DNA from: a virus | DNA: 64,000 nucleotides | Strand: one strand, 5' to 3' | Virus record (IMG/VR): IMGVR_UViG_3300005688_000028 | Span: 27,634-91,633 of that record | Shown here: positions 7,634-18,070 of the stretch, in pieces | Layout of the letters: each line of letters starts with the position of its first letter | Numbering within the stretch: position 1 is the first letter of the stretch | Notes under the pieces: model-generated | Databases searched by the model: none | What the model was told of the DNA's origin: nothing | What the model saw: the letters and a program-made list of their open reading frames with translations, nothing else | Position numbers and translations under genes: made by a program

Positions 7634-9628
7634 TTAGACCTGGAAGCTCACGGGGAGGATCGACGGGGTGAAGTCGACGAAGGTGATCTCGTAGATCGGC
7701 GCCACGGCCACCCCCACGATCCACCGGCCGCCTTCTTGCTCGACCGAGGCGCCCTGCGACTCGTCCCAGCCCGAGATCCCATCGCCGTCGAGGGCTGCGA
7801 GCTTGGTGTCGGTCTCGACGAGGCCCTTGATCCGGGGGCCGGTCGTCGCCACGGCGGGGTCGCCGATGGTGGCCTCGAGAAGCGCCCGCTGGCGGAGGAT
7901 GTACTGCGCGATCCCCTCCATGGCCGACGGGGCGGTGCGGCCGTCGTCGTCATCGGCGAGGTGAGTCGTCAGCGCGCGCTCGATCTCGGGACCAAGCTCG
8001 CCCTGCGTCGTGATGGTCAGCCCCGCGCCGAGCAGCTCCTCGACGTCATCCTCGACCGACCAGTCCGGCCCGTCGTAGACCTCGACGACGTTGAGCCGTT
8101 TCTTCGTGAGCGGCACGGCAACGCCGACGCTGCACTGCGCAGCCGCGTGCATCAGCGCGTACCAGTACGGCGCGACCCGCTCCTGCACGCCCGAGAGGGC
8201 GATGATCTTCGCCTCCTGCGGGACGAGCGAAACCTTGTCGCTGTTGAGGTCGCCAGCCCGGGTCTTGATGGTGTCCTTGGTGGCCTGCGCGGCCGTTCCG
8301 GTCCACCCCTGGCACTCGTAGCGGCCGACGCCCCACATGGTGTCGCAGTGGGCCACCAGCGCCTGGTGCGCCGCGAGGCTCGAGGCGAGCAGCGACACCA
8401 CCCGGACCCGCTTGCTGCGGTTGAGGGTCGCCAGCGCGGCCGGCCAATCCCCATCGCTCGCCGCGCTCTGCGTGCCGCCGGTGAGCATCCCGCTCGCGGC
8501 CACCGGAAGCGTGCCGCCCGAGACGGCTTCGGCTTCGATGAGGGCTGAGCCCGCCAGCGCCCCGAGGATGTAGGCCATGGTGACCCTGAAGGGCACCGCG
8601 GAGCCCAGCGAGGTCGCGGCCTTGATGTCGAGGTCGCTCGTCAGCGTCGAGCCCGCGAGCGAGTCCACCGCCGACACCGTGAGGTCGGCCGACTTCGTCG
8701 CGAGGTAGTTGGTGAGGTCTTTGACGTAGGGGAACTGCTCGGTGGTGACACGCACCATGTCGCCCGACACCGTGAAGGTGGGCGTGGTGGGCGTTCCGCC
8801 AGCCTGCGCGAACACGATGGACGTGATGGTGCTGAAGGTCTTGGTCGTGCTCTTGGCCGCGTGACCGCCGCCGTTCGTCCACGTCAGGTCTTGGGTGTCG
8901 GCCTCGCCGGTGACCTTGTTGGTCCCGTTGATGGTGACGGTGTAGGTCTCCAGGGCGTCTGGCTCGCGGCTTGGATCGACCGAAACTGCACCATCCCACG
9001 CGAAACTTGCCAGCGTGTCACCGATCGCGATGGCGTCCTTGCTGGCCGTGACGAAGAACTCGCCCGAGCTGTTGAAGCCCGCCAGCGTCACGAAGCTGTC
9101 GTTGCCGCTGTACGCGAGGCTGAACATGGAGCGGCCGACGATCGGGCCGAAGCGTTCGGGCACGCCATCGCGGTTGAAGGTGAAGGTGTAGGTCGGCGCC
9201 GTCGGGACGGTGGTGTCGACCACGAGGGCGTAGCTGGTGCGGTTGCCCGCATAGCCCCACGCCTTCGACGAGATCGTGAGCGCGCCATTGGGCACCGAGT
9301 CGACCAGCGTCACGCTCGCCTGCGTGCTCTCGCCCGCGTTGACGAGGTAGACCTCGGACGGCCCACTCGCGGAGATTCGCGAGTCCTTCCCGGGGCGGTA
9401 GATGCAGGCCGCGGCGCGCTTCAGGTTCGCGTCCACCGGGGACAGCTTGAGCATCGATCGGAGGCTCGTGCAGAGCGTCGGGGTGTTCTGCTCGAGGAAC
9501 GGGAAGTCACCCACGACCGCGAGGCGCTTCGGCGTGGCGCGGCGCCCCGCGTTGGCCGACCGATTCACCGTGACGTTGACGCCGGGACGGCGGGTGAACC
9601 GCCCCCCTACTGTGGTTCCAGAGGGCAT
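7634..9628 (-). CDS. Tail sheath protein
   Basis: RRPGVNV N-terminus, WGYAGN, LTGG, PLTKK...LLGAG, V.VAP C-terminus; 664 aa. Confidence 0.9.
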   Translation of the reverse strand: MPSGTTVGGRFTRRPGVNVTVNRSANAGRRATPKRLAVVGDFPFLEQNTPTLCTSLRSMLKLSPVDANLKRAAACIYRPGKDSRISASGPSEVYLVNAGESTQASVTLVDSVPNGALTISSKAWGYAGNRTSYALVVDTTVPTAPTYTFTFNRDGVPERFGPIVGRSMFSLAYSGNDSFVTLAGFNSSGEFFVTASKDAIAIGDTLASFAWDGAVSVDPSREPDALETYTVTINGTNKVTGEADTQDLTWTNGGGHAAKSTTKTFSTITSIVFAQAGGTPTTPTFTVSGDMVRVTTEQFPYVKDLTNYLATKSADLTVSAVDSLAGSTLTSDLDIKAATSLGSAVPFRVTMAYILGALAGSALIEAEAVSGGTLPVAASGMLTGGTQSAASDGDWPAALATLNRSKRVRVVSLLASSLAAHQALVAHCDTMWGVGRYECQGWTGTAAQATKDTIKTRAGDLNSDKVSLVPQEAKIIALSGVQERVAPYWYALMHAAAQCSVGVAVPLTKKRLNVVEVYDGPDWSVEDDVEELLGAGLTITTQGELGPEIERALTTHLADDDDGRTAPSAMEGIAQYILRQRALLEATIGDPAVATTGPRIKGLVETDTKLAALDGDGISGWDESQGASVEQEGGRWIVGVAVAPIYEITFVDFTPSILPVSFQV

Positions 9629-10302
9629 TACCCAACCTCCCGGGCCATCTGCGTGACGCGGCCAGGATTGCCGGTCTCGTCGATGGCGCTCTCGTCATTG
9701 ATCGAGAACGGGAGCCGCAAGAGCTCGCTCTCGAAGTCGACCAGCTTGCACTCGGCGAAGGTGCTGTAGCGGAGCCGATACCAGTACGCGCCGCCCCGCT
9801 CGGGGAGCAGGTCGCGCATCGGGCCGATCTCCGACACCTCTTTGAAGCCCAGCCCGCGCACCTGCGAGCGGAGCAGAATCGGCTTGAGCTGCGAGAAGAT
9901 CGCGCTCAGGCAGAACGTCGCGAGGGCGGCCCCAAGCTGCTTGCTCGGCGCCACCACCACCACCTCGACGCTGGACTCGAGCCCGAGGTATCCCTCGCTC
10001 TCGTCGTCGCCCGCGCCGCCCATGCCGACGGGGTCGGTGGTCGCGCGCGCGCTCGAAAGCCGGGTGAAGATCCCGGGGTGTTCCATCGCCGGCCGCTGAA
10101 GCTCGGCGAGGCCGAAGGCCACGACCTTGTCCGCAGGACCCGTGTAGCGGTCGGGCGCCGTCAGCGCCTTGTGCCACCCGTTGACGCGGCTCGCCTCGAC
10201 CTCGGGCGGGAAGAGCTTGCGAAACTCATCCACGTCGGCCGCCACGATGCGCCACGCCCGCTTGAGGGCGAACAGCATCGTCTCGTCCACGAGGCCGATC
10301 AT
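9628..10302 (-). CDS. Putative tail terminator/neck protein
   Basis: Position immediately upstream of sheath. Confidence 0.55.
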   Translation of the reverse strand: MIGLVDETMLFALKRAWRIVAADVDEFRKLFPPEVEASRVNGWHKALTAPDRYTGPADKVVAFGLAELQRPAMEHPGIFTRLSSARATTDPVGMGGAGDDESEGYLGLESSVEVVVVAPSKQLGAALATFCLSAIFSQLKPILLRSQVRGLGFKEVSEIGPMRDLLPERGGAYWYRLRYSTFAECKLVDFESELLRLPFSINDESAIDETGNPGRVTQMAREVG

Positions 10303-10724
10303 CGGGTGCTCCGCGTGGCCGCCACGATGGCCGGAAGCTCACGGCGCAGCTTGACGACGATCCCGGCACCGGGCTTCGCCTTGCTCATCCACGGCGGCTT
10401 GTTGCTCGACGTGGTGCGCCACTCACCATCCCGCATTTTGATGCTCATGTAGCGGGCGCCGGTCTTCTTCGAGACCTTGGCGGCCGGGCTGCGTAGCATC
10501 GCCTCGCTGATGTTGCGGCCGGGCGCGCCGCGCTCTTTGAAGACGCCGGGGAAGCCGAGCGCGACCATGCCGCTCTCGTCGTCGGTGACTTCGCTCGACA
10601 GCGAGCCCCGATAGCTCTCGTCGGGGGCTTCTTCGCTCCATCGGTCGTGGACCGCGCGCACCACCGCTTCGGTGCGGCGTCGCTGCGCGTCGGGCGTCAT
10701 CCCGAAGATGGCGAAGAGGTCCAT
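10299..10724 (-). CDS. Putative neck/tail completion protein
   Basis: Synteny; start reassigned to ATG 10724 (33 nt after late motif). Confidence 0.5.
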   Translation of the reverse strand: MDLFAIFGMTPDAQRRRTEAVVRAVHDRWSEEAPDESYRGSLSSEVTDDESGMVALGFPGVFKERGAPGRNISEAMLRSPAAKVSKKTGARYMSIKMRDGEWRTTSSNKPPWMSKAKPGAGIVVKLRRELPAIVAATRSTR

Positions 10725-10756
10725 GCGCCCCATCGTGCGCAGCGGCATGACGGGGC

Positions 10757-10766
10757 GTGAGCTTTC
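10757..10766 (-). promoter_or_regulatory. Late promoter motif GAAAGCTCAC (copy 1)
   Basis: Exact 10-mer; CACGAT after 19 nt, ATG 7 nt later. Confidence 0.75.
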
Positions 10767-10798
10767 ACGCGCGGCTCATGCGACCGCGCGAAGGGCGC

Positions 10799-11293
10799 TC
10801 AGAAGGGCACGTCGTCGTCGAAGTAGCCGGGCTCATCGGGCGAGCGTGGCGGTGCCTGTGGTGGCGCCTGCGTGGCACGCTGGCCCTGGCCCTGCGACCG
10901 CTGCGAGGGACGGTTCTCGGGTCGGCTCTCATGTCGTGGGGCCTCGCGCTCACCGTGGTCCTCGCCGCGGTCCACGAACGTCATCTGGCTCGCCACGATC
11001 TCGGTGCTGTAGCGCTTCTGGCCCGTCTGCTGGTCATCCCACGAGCGGGTGGTGAGCCGCCCCTCGATGTAGACCTTGCGGCCCTTCTGCAAGTACCGCT
11101 GCGCGAGCTCGGCCTGCTGGCCCCAGAGCACCACCCGGTGCCACTCGGTGCGCTCATGCCGCGAGCCGTGCTTGTCCTTGAACGATTCGGAGGTCGCCAG
11201 CGACAGGGTCGCGACGAGCTGCCCCTGTGGGGTCGTTCTCACCTCGGGGTCGGCCCCGAGGTTGCCGAGCAGGATCACCTTGTTGACGCTCAC
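10799..11293 (-). CDS. ssb: Single-stranded DNA-binding protein
   Basis: [23 protein letters not shown], acidic DDDVPF tail. Confidence 0.97.
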   Translation of the reverse strand: MSVNKVILLGNLGADPEVRTTPQGQLVATLSLATSESFKDKHGSRHERTEWHRVVLWGQQAELAQRYLQKGRKVYIEGRLTTRSWDDQQTGQKRYSTEIVASQMTFVDRGEDHGEREAPRHESRPENRPSQRSQGQGQRATQAPPQAPPRSPDEPGYFDDDVPF

Positions 11294-12411
11294 TCTGCCT
11301 CCGACGTCTTGTAGCCGTGGGGTGGCCCCATCGTCTCGAGCCAGCAATGGACCTGCACCGGATAGCGCGCCCACTGCGTTCCGCCCGCCACCTTCGCCGC
11401 CGTGTAGCCGTCCCGGTGCGGGTGCGGCGTGTCGTTCACGACGTAGGTGGGGCTTGCCCAATAGTCGATTGTGTAGCGCTCGCCAATCGCCGGGGTGTTG
11501 CCGTCCACACCGCCGCTGGTCCCTTCCGCACTCTCCACTTCGGCCGGGGCCGGGAAGCCTGGCAAGCTGTCGATGCTGATGGCCTTGAAGCCTTCCACCG
11601 GGAAGTTGCCGACCTCGCCCGCCACCTCGCACCGCAGCGTGACGGTGAAGTTGCCGTCTTCGTCGGCCGTGACCTCCTCGGTCGACACGAAGGTCAGGAT
11701 GCCGGCCTCGAAGCGCCAATAGGCCGGAATGATCGTGCCGGGGGTGGCCTGGCCCACGAACTCGCCCGTGGCATACTCACCCGAGGCCGCGAGCCATTCG
11801 AGTTCGCCGTCAGGCGTGATTCGGCAGTCCAGATCCTGCACCAGCGGCGCGGGCACGATCTGCCCGCTGGCGTTCGCGCGCCGGATGTAGACGCCGTTCC
11901 ACGCCGTGACCTCTTTGACGGTCGGGGTGTCCTCGTCGGCCAGCTCGAGGTTGGCGGACGCGATCGGATACCTCAGCCGCTCTTTGGCCCCTGTGCGCTC
12001 GCGCGTCTCCGAGACCGCATGGACCGAGTCGAGCACCGTGAAGCGGTCCCACGACTTCGGCATGTGCTCAGGGAGCACCGTGATCATCACCATGCCCTTC
12101 ACCTGCTCGCCGTAGAGCTGGTAAAAGGCTGGGTTCTTGCTCGCGCTCAGGACGACCGCCTGGATCTCCTGCGGGTCGTGGTGAAGGAAGCCGATCCCGA
12201 AGCATTCGGGACACGCGGACTGCGGCTCATGGGTCGGGGTGCGTGTGGCCTCTCCAAGCGAGCCCGTGACCGTACAGGGACACCGCGCCGCCTTCTCCCA
12301 GAGGACCCGGGAGCCCCGCCGGAAGATGAGCTGCCGGAAGCGATCGGGGTTGAGGCCGATCTGCCTGCCGAGCTTCGCCGGCCGCCAGCTCTTGGGGCTT
12401 TGGAGCGGCAT
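11290..12411 (-). CDS. Neck/head-closure protein (SPO1/Twort-like) with inserted baseplate-J-like segment
   Basis: [15 protein letters not shown]...CPECFGIGF; follows adaptor gene with TGATG coupling. Confidence 0.7.
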   Translation of the reverse strand: MPLQSPKSWRPAKLGRQIGLNPDRFRQLIFRRGSRVLWEKAARCPCTVTGSLGEATRTPTHEPQSACPECFGIGFLHHDPQEIQAVVLSASKNPAFYQLYGEQVKGMVMITVLPEHMPKSWDRFTVLDSVHAVSETRERTGAKERLRYPIASANLELADEDTPTVKEVTAWNGVYIRRANASGQIVPAPLVQDLDCRITPDGELEWLAASGEYATGEFVGQATPGTIIPAYWRFEAGILTFVSTEEVTADEDGNFTVTLRCEVAGEVGNFPVEGFKAISIDSLPGFPAPAEVESAEGTSGGVDGNTPAIGERYTIDYWASPTYVVNDTPHPHRDGYTAAKVAGGTQWARYPVQVHCWLETMGPPHGYKTSEAE

Positions 12412-13181
12412 CAGAGCACCGCGACTTGCGGGCCAAGATACCGCTTCTTCAGACCGGCCATGTTGGCCTTGAGCTGGTTCTGGTAGCTCAGGATGCGCGC
12501 GCCGTATCCGCTGTTCGTGGCGCTGCTCGTGGTGCTCACGGACTCGGAAAGCCCGTCCATGGTCGTCGAGTAGGACGCGATACCGGCGCCCGCGATGAGG
12601 TCGCCCGCGGTGTCGAGGGGCAGCATCGAAGCGAGGTGTCCGATCGCCATCTTGATCTCGGCCGGAATGGGGTAGGTCGTCCCGTCGAAGCCGGCCGTGT
12701 AGCTCACGCGCAGGTAGCCTGCCCGCCTCGAGTCGATGTGCCACCCGAGGAAGTCGAACACCTGCGAGGGGCCGAAGGTCGCGAAGAACTCACTCGTGCG
12801 CTGGATCGAGCCCTGGCCCGCGATGATCTCGACGAGGCCCATGTTCTCGTGCCGGATGTAGCACCAGTTGTTCGGGATCGTGACCCCGGGGAAGTCGCCC
12901 TGCTTGAACTCCAACTTCTGGATCGAGCGGAGCGGCCCATGCTTCGTCTGGAACTGGTACGCGCGCCGCCAGTCGCCCACGGTGATGTCGTGGAGCTCGT
13001 CCGTGATGGTGCGGAGCGAGAGCTTGATCCCCAGCTCGGTCTCGATGCGCTCGGCGGCCCCTTCGATACAGAGCTCGAAGAGGCCGTCGGGGTAGGGGTC
13101 GCCCTCGTCGTTCGTGAGGTCAACCCCGAAGAGGAAGGTCCGCTTGAGCCAGTCGACCGTGAGGCCGTAGGGGAGGGCCAT
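12411..13181 (-). CDS. Head-tail adaptor/neck protein (SPO1/Twort-like)
   Basis: YGLTVDWLK..FLFGVDL...IETELGI; V.YTAGF; GAGIASYSTTMDGLSESV.TT.SA..YGARI. Confidence 0.8.
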   Translation of the reverse strand: MALPYGLTVDWLKRTFLFGVDLTNDEGDPYPDGLFELCIEGAAERIETELGIKLSLRTITDELHDITVGDWRRAYQFQTKHGPLRSIQKLEFKQGDFPGVTIPNNWCYIRHENMGLVEIIAGQGSIQRTSEFFATFGPSQVFDFLGWHIDSRRAGYLRVSYTAGFDGTTYPIPAEIKMAIGHLASMLPLDTAGDLIAGAGIASYSTTMDGLSESVSTTSSATNSGYGARILSYQNQLKANMAGLKKRYLGPQVAVL

Positions 13182-13222
13182 GGGCAGAACTCCTCTTCAG
13201 GGTCGGGCGTTGGGCTTGCCCG

Positions 13223-14332
13223 TCAGACGGAGGCGCGGCAGAGCCCGCCCGTCACGCCGCTGGCCGCGGCGCCCGCGACGATCGTGGTCTCGCCGGTCGA
13301 GAGGTTGAAGATGCTGATGCGGCCACCGAGGCCGCCGACGCCGATGGCGCCCGCGAGAGCGCCGGCACCCGCGCCGGCCGCACCACCCGTGCCACCCGAG
13401 GCGTCGAGAAGGTTCGGGCAGGTGCCGGTGACCTTGCCGACGATGAGGACGATCTCGCCGCCGCCACCACCACCGCCGCCGCCGCCGCCCGCGCGATCCG
13501 CGCCGGGCGAATCGGCGCCGAGGCGACCGTTGCCGCCCTTGGCCGAGATTGCGCCAGCCGCCGTGGCCGAGTTGACGACCAGCTCGTCCACGATGAGGAC
13601 GAGGACGCCACCACCGGAGCCGCCGCCGCCACCCGTTCCGCCAGCCGCCTCACCGGAGCCGCCGCCACCGGAACCACCAGCGCCGCCAGCGCCGCCGCCG
13701 ATCAGGGTGACGCCCGCCACGCGGTTCGTCTCGGGGGTGTTGATGTGGAACGAGGCCGTGACAGCGCCGCCAGCTTGGCCGACACCACCAGCCCCGCCAC
13801 CGCCCGTTCCACCGGCACCTCCCGCACCACCCGTTCCGCCGTTTCCGACCGCAACCGCGGCGGGCGTGCTGCCGATCGAGCCTGTCGTGGTGCTCGAGTT
13901 GCCACCATCACCGCCGGCGCCACTGGCCGCGTGGAGCAGCGAGGCCGCGATGGCGGCACCGGCCGCCTGGCCCGCACCGTTGTTGCCGTTGCACTTGAGG
14001 GCGCCGGCCGCCGCACCGCGCAGGTCGAGCTTCTTGGCCCGGATGTAGCGCTGCGCCACGTTGATCGAGCCGGAGCCGTCGACCTTGAGCGTGTCGAAGA
14101 AGGCGTTGCGCAGAAGCGCTCCGCTGCTGAACAGACCGCTCACCGTGAGGTTGTTGGTCGTGACGTGGCGGCTGCCGTCGACCGGCTCACCCGAAAGGTT
14201 CGCCGTCGCCCCCGCCACCTTCTGGAGCTCCTGAATGATGGAGCCGAGCAGAACGCCCTCGGGCGCGATGCCCGCGCGGTCGAGGAGGCCCTTGGCGAAA
14301 TCGCTGATTGCCGTCTGGCTCAGGATGCTCAC
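13223..14332 (-). CDS. Glycine-rich virion protein (collar/head fibre-like)
   Basis: GGGGSGGG.V.I repeats; lies within head-neck operon. Confidence 0.7.
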   Translation of the reverse strand: MSILSQTAISDFAKGLLDRAGIAPEGVLLGSIIQELQKVAGATANLSGEPVDGSRHVTTNNLTVSGLFSSGALLRNAFFDTLKVDGSGSINVAQRYIRAKKLDLRGAAAGALKCNGNNGAGQAAGAAIAASLLHAASGAGGDGGNSSTTTGSIGSTPAAVAVGNGGTGGAGGAGGTGGGGAGGVGQAGGAVTASFHINTPETNRVAGVTLIGGGAGGAGGSGGGGSGEAAGGTGGGGGSGGGVLVLIVDELVVNSATAAGAISAKGGNGRLGADSPGADRAGGGGGGGGGGGEIVLIVGKVTGTCPNLLDASGGTGGAAGAGAGALAGAIGVGGLGGRISIFNLSTGETTIVAGAAASGVTGGLCRASV

Positions 14333-14871
14333 GACTCACCTTCCTTCTTCGCAGGGGCCTCGACGGCCTGGTTCTGGGTCTCGACGATCGGCTTGAGGGC
14401 GGCCTCGAGCTTGTCGCGGTTGCGGTCGCGCGGGTCGAAGACGATCCCGTGCTGGGCCGCGAGGGCGCGCAACTGGTTCATGTTGAGTTGAGCGAGCTCG
14501 ATCTTCTCGGCCTGCTTCTTCTCTTCCTCGGCGCGCACGCTGGCCTCGTCGGCCGCCAGCTTGATCTTGCTGATCCGCTGGAGCTTGTCGGCGTAGCGGC
14601 GTTCGAGGTCGTCGAGCTCGACCTTCTTGACGCCGATCTTGTCCTTGAGCTCGTCCGCCTCTTTCGAGAGGAGCGAGAGCCGCGACTCCTGCACGTCGAC
14701 GCCGTCGCGGTCGACGTAGCGCCAGCCCGGGATGCGGGCGAGCTTCGCGACCTCTTCGGGCTCGAGCAGGTCGGGAAGGAAGCCCTCGCTGTCCACCGCG
14801 AGCGGGCGCGCTACGAGCACCAGCCGCGTACCGGCCTTGGCCGGGTTTCTCCATGCTTTGTCGACGCTCAC
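14329..14871 (-). CDS. Coiled-coil hypothetical protein after capsid gene (C-terminal HeH/Rho-N-like)
   Basis: CAGGAG RBS; LNMNQLRALAAQHGI. Confidence 0.7.
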   Translation of the reverse strand: MSVDKAWRNPAKAGTRLVLVARPLAVDSEGFLPDLLEPEEVAKLARIPGWRYVDRDGVDVQESRLSLLSKEADELKDKIGVKKVELDDLERRYADKLQRISKIKLAADEASVRAEEEKKQAEKIELAQLNMNQLRALAAQHGIVFDPRDRNRDKLEAALKPIVETQNQAVEAPAKKEGES

Positions 14872-14900
14872 GATGGTTCTCCTGTGAGGGCGTGCAGACG

Positions 14901-14933
14901 AAAGCCGGGGGCGCCCCGAAGGGCACCCCCAGC
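14901..14933 (-). terminator. Intrinsic terminator after major capsid gene
   Basis: GCTGGGGGTGCCC-TTCG-GGGCGCCCCCGGC followed by TTTCGTCT. Confidence 0.7.
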
Positions 14934-14939
14934 CTCACG

Positions 14940-16478
14940 TCAGAACGAGATCCCGGCGGCGTTGAGGAGGGCGATGTGCCGCTTCGGCTGGTCGACCGAC
15001 AGGCCGCGGTAGGTGCCGACCACCATGCGGAGCTCGCGCTCGATCCGGCCCATGTCGTCCTGGAAGGACTCGAGGAGGACGTTGTCGAGGATCGCCCCGT
15101 CGCCGTGATGCACGAGCGCCGACTTGAAGGTGCCGGGGATGCGGGCGTTGGTGTCGTACCAGAGCGTGCCCGAGCTGGCGCCGAGCGTGTTCCGGCCGAA
15201 CTTGCCGCCGTAGTGGAAGACGGTCGTCGAGTCCTTGGCCGACCTCCACCAGTGGTAGCCGACGAGCGTGGAGCTGAAGCCCGCGTCGTTGAAGTCGGCC
15301 TTGCCCACGTCGCCATCGGCGATCGTCAGCGCGGTGCAGGTGAAGGGCGCCGGGTTGCCCTTCTTGTAGATCGGGACGAACTTGTAGATGTAGTCGCCCG
15401 CGTCCGAGACGCCGAACTGGCTCGTGAGCGAGACCGAGACGCCCGTGGGCGAGGTCATCGCGCCGCCGACGAGGTTGGCCTCGGTCATCGCCCAGTAGTC
15501 CACGCTCGCGTCGCCATCGGCGACCACGTTCGCGACGTTCCAGTTGGGCGAGCAGAACAGCGAGTTCCGCAGCTCGACCGTCTGGCCCGTCGGCCCGCTC
15601 ATGAGGAGCTGGGTCATGTCCTGGTTCCAGAAGATCTTGACGCCCTTGGCGGGGTCGAGACGGTTCTTGCCGGCCGCCTCCTTCGAGAGCGGCGCCCACA
15701 TCTCGGGCGGCAGATACCAGGCGTTCGGCTTGCCCTCGTACTCGAGGCGCATGAGGCCAGCGAGGTAGTCGATGAGCTTGTCGAACGTGACGGTCGCGCC
15801 GCGCAGGTCGAACACGTTGATGTTCGCCGTGCCGCCCGCCTCCATCTGGACGAAGAAGCCATCGCCCTCGTCGGCGTCGAAGTCGTTGTCGCCGTGGAAG
15901 TAGGCGATCTCGAGCTTCTCGGCGAGCGACTCGATGGCCGCCTCGCGCTCGAAGTTGAGGCCGCCAGGTCCGTCGGCGCGGACCACCGGGTACTTGCCCT
16001 GGAGGATGTTGACGTGCTCCGCGACGTGGGTCAGCGTCGGCATGACGCCGTAGTAGCGGACGGTCGCGATGGTGCGGTCCATCAGCGGGCGGTTGACTGC
16101 GGGCAGGCTCTTCTCGCCCATGCCGAGCGGGCTGAAGTAGTTGCCGTGCCGCTTCAGGATCACGCGGTCGCGCTTGACCTGATCGACCTGCTCGCGCTCG
16201 ATGTTCTCGATGAAGGTGCAGCGCTCCTTCCGCTTGAGCATCGTCGAGTAGACGCGACGGCTGATGTCCTGCGGGATGAGCACGCTGAACCCGTTGTTCG
16301 AGACGGGCGTGCTCTGGGTGATGTTGGCCGCGTCCACGGAGCCTTTGAGCAGGCTCGGCAGCTTGCCGGCCTTCTCGAGCGTCGCGAACTCCTCGATGTC
16401 CGGCTTCGCGCCGTTGAGGCGGTCGCGCTGGATTTTGGCGCGATCCTCGATCTGACGATCCTTTTCCTGCTGATACAT
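14940..16478 (-). CDS. Major capsid protein
   Basis: ~510 aa after protease and scaffold, extreme codon bias, LE.AYFHGD..D...DG motif, GGGAGAG RBS, terminator downstream. Confidence 0.88.
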   Translation of the reverse strand: MYQQEKDRQIEDRAKIQRDRLNGAKPDIEEFATLEKAGKLPSLLKGSVDAANITQSTPVSNNGFSVLIPQDISRRVYSTMLKRKERCTFIENIEREQVDQVKRDRVILKRHGNYFSPLGMGEKSLPAVNRPLMDRTIATVRYYGVMPTLTHVAEHVNILQGKYPVVRADGPGGLNFEREAAIESLAEKLEIAYFHGDNDFDADEGDGFFVQMEAGGTANINVFDLRGATVTFDKLIDYLAGLMRLEYEGKPNAWYLPPEMWAPLSKEAAGKNRLDPAKGVKIFWNQDMTQLLMSGPTGQTVELRNSLFCSPNWNVANVVADGDASVDYWAMTEANLVGGAMTSPTGVSVSLTSQFGVSDAGDYIYKFVPIYKKGNPAPFTCTALTIADGDVGKADFNDAGFSSTLVGYHWWRSAKDSTTVFHYGGKFGRNTLGASSGTLWYDTNARIPGTFKSALVHHGDGAILDNVLLESFQDDMGRIERELRMVVGTYRGLSVDQPKRHIALLNAAGISF

Positions 16479-16504
16479 GGTCTCTCTCCCTGGGTTCGTC
16501 TGGG

Positions 16505-17266
16505 TCACGCCGTGAAGCCGAAGGTCTGCGCGATCTGCGCCACCTCACCGGCACTCGTGGTCAGCTCCTCGACCTTGCTGATGGCCTTGTGCAGCTTGTT
16601 GGCCTGGGCCACGTCGGCACCGGCGGCGCGCTGCTTCTCGAAGAGGAAGTCGGCCAGCCGGCGGCGGTTGATCGGGGCCTTGTTGAGCTCACCCTTGCCG
16701 TCGCCCGCGTGCGGGATGGCCTCGAAGTCATCCGGTCGGACGCCGCGGAAGTCGCCGCGCGGACCCTTGATGAGCGCCTCGATCTCGTTGAGGCGGGCGA
16801 GCACGGGAGCGATGTCCTGCGCGCCGCCCTTGGCGAGCTGCTTGGTGACCTGCTGCGCGAGCGCCTTCGTGAGATTGCCCGCGGCGGCGATCTGGCCCTT
16901 GAGCAGCCCGATCTCCTTCTTGAGCGGCGCCACCGCGCTCTCGACGGCCGCGTTGACGGCCGCGCCGAGCGCCTTGCTCATCTCCTCGTCGCCGCCGTCG
17001 TCCTCGTCGGGCTCGCCGTACTCGGGCTCGTCGTCGTCGTCCTCACTCTCGTCGCCATCGGGCTCGGAGTGCGACGCCTTGTTCAGCGCCTCGGCCCACT
17101 CGTCGGCGGCCTGGTCGAGCGTGGTCACCTCGAGCCCGAGGTCGCCCTGGTCCGGGGTGATGGTGCCCTTCGCGAGCGCGCTCACGACCTCGCTTTCGAT
17201 CTTCTCGTCATCGAAACCGAGACCCGCCAGCGCCGTGCGAAACTCCGTCTCCGTCTTCGTGCTCAT
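16505..17266 (-). CDS. Capsid scaffold protein
   Basis: Acidic/helical, between protease and capsid, nine [LM]xK[AG] sites. Confidence 0.8.
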   Translation of the reverse strand: MSTKTETEFRTALAGLGFDDEKIESEVVSALAKGTITPDQGDLGLEVTTLDQAADEWAEALNKASHSEPDGDESEDDDDEPEYGEPDEDDGGDEEMSKALGAAVNAAVESAVAPLKKEIGLLKGQIAAAGNLTKALAQQVTKQLAKGGAQDIAPVLARLNEIEALIKGPRGDFRGVRPDDFEAIPHAGDGKGELNKAPINRRRLADFLFEKQRAAGADVAQANKLHKAISKVEELTTSAGEVAQIAQTFGFTA

Positions 17267-17279
17267 GGGATGCTCCTGT

Positions 17280-18014
17280 TCACAGCGCCGCGATGCGCTC
17301 GAGCGCCGCGACGAGGGTTCGTTCGGGCTGCCTGCTGAGCAGGCGAAGCGCCTTGAGGTGAGCCGTCGGAATGCCCTCGGTGAGCGCGAGTCGGCGCTGA
17401 ACCTCGGGGTCGTAGGCGAGCCTCATGGCGGCTTTCATGAGGTCGGCCGGCAGTCCGGCGGGCATGCCCATCTGAGCCCCGAAGGCCGCTGCGAGCGGCA
17501 TCGCGAAACTCGACGGATTGCGCGGGGCGGCGTCGATTGCCACCGTGCGGATCGTGCAGCGCGTGATGACGTTGCCCCGCATCTCGTTGATGGAGCCCTC
17601 GACGCTGAAGCCGAGCCCCTGCCCGCGCGGGCCTTTGCAGAGGGCTTGGTGCTGCGCCCGGACCTGCTGCGCGAGCGGCAGATCCTTGAGCAACACGACC
17701 TCGATCATGTTGCCCTTGACGCCCTTGAAGAGCCCGAAGGTCCGCTTGACGCCCTGGGCGCAAACGCGGTCCGCTGAATAGGGGTGCTTGTAGTGGACGA
17801 CGCCGCGCTGGTCGTACTCGGTCCAGTCCGCGCCGTCCTGAAGCAAGACCTGGCCGTCGGCGTCCAGAAACTCGCTCGTCGCGAGCCCCTTGAGCAGCCA
17901 CGCCGGGTCAATCTCGCCCGGCCCCAATGCCTTCTGAAGCGCCTCCTCGGGAAGCGCCTCACACTCGCCCCAGAGGAGCGGGAAGGTCATCGTGTCTGTC
18001 GCCATGGCAACCAT
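17280..18014 (-). CDS. Prohead maturation protease (HK97/herpes fold)
   Basis: G.AT.E.LD.DGQ..LQDG.DW, YKH, LGFSVEG, VAI...P.NP motifs. Confidence 0.9.
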   Translation of the reverse strand: MVAMATDTMTFPLLWGECEALPEEALQKALGPGEIDPAWLLKGLATSEFLDADGQVLLQDGADWTEYDQRGVVHYKHPYSADRVCAQGVKRTFGLFKGVKGNMIEVVLLKDLPLAQQVRAQHQALCKGPRGQGLGFSVEGSINEMRGNVITRCTIRTVAIDAAPRNPSSFAMPLAAAFGAQMGMPAGLPADLMKAAMRLAYDPEVQRRLALTEGIPTAHLKALRLLSRQPERTLVAALERIAAL

Positions 18015-18047
18015 GGCGGCGATTGCAAGCTAGGTGCGCCTGCGCGC

Positions 18048-18057
18048 GTGAGCTTTC
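18048..18057 (-). promoter_or_regulatory. Late promoter motif (copy 2, protease-scaffold-capsid operon)
   Basis: GAAAGCTCAC-N20-TGCAAT-N7-ATG. Confidence 0.8.
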
Positions 18058-18070
18058 GCAGGCGTGTTTT

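Noticed and set aside
12426-17777. Long plus-strand ORFs (540 aa Pro-rich, 974 aa)
   Set aside because: Antisense shadows of the Gly-rich, capsid and scaffold genes; expected at ~70% GC; no motifs
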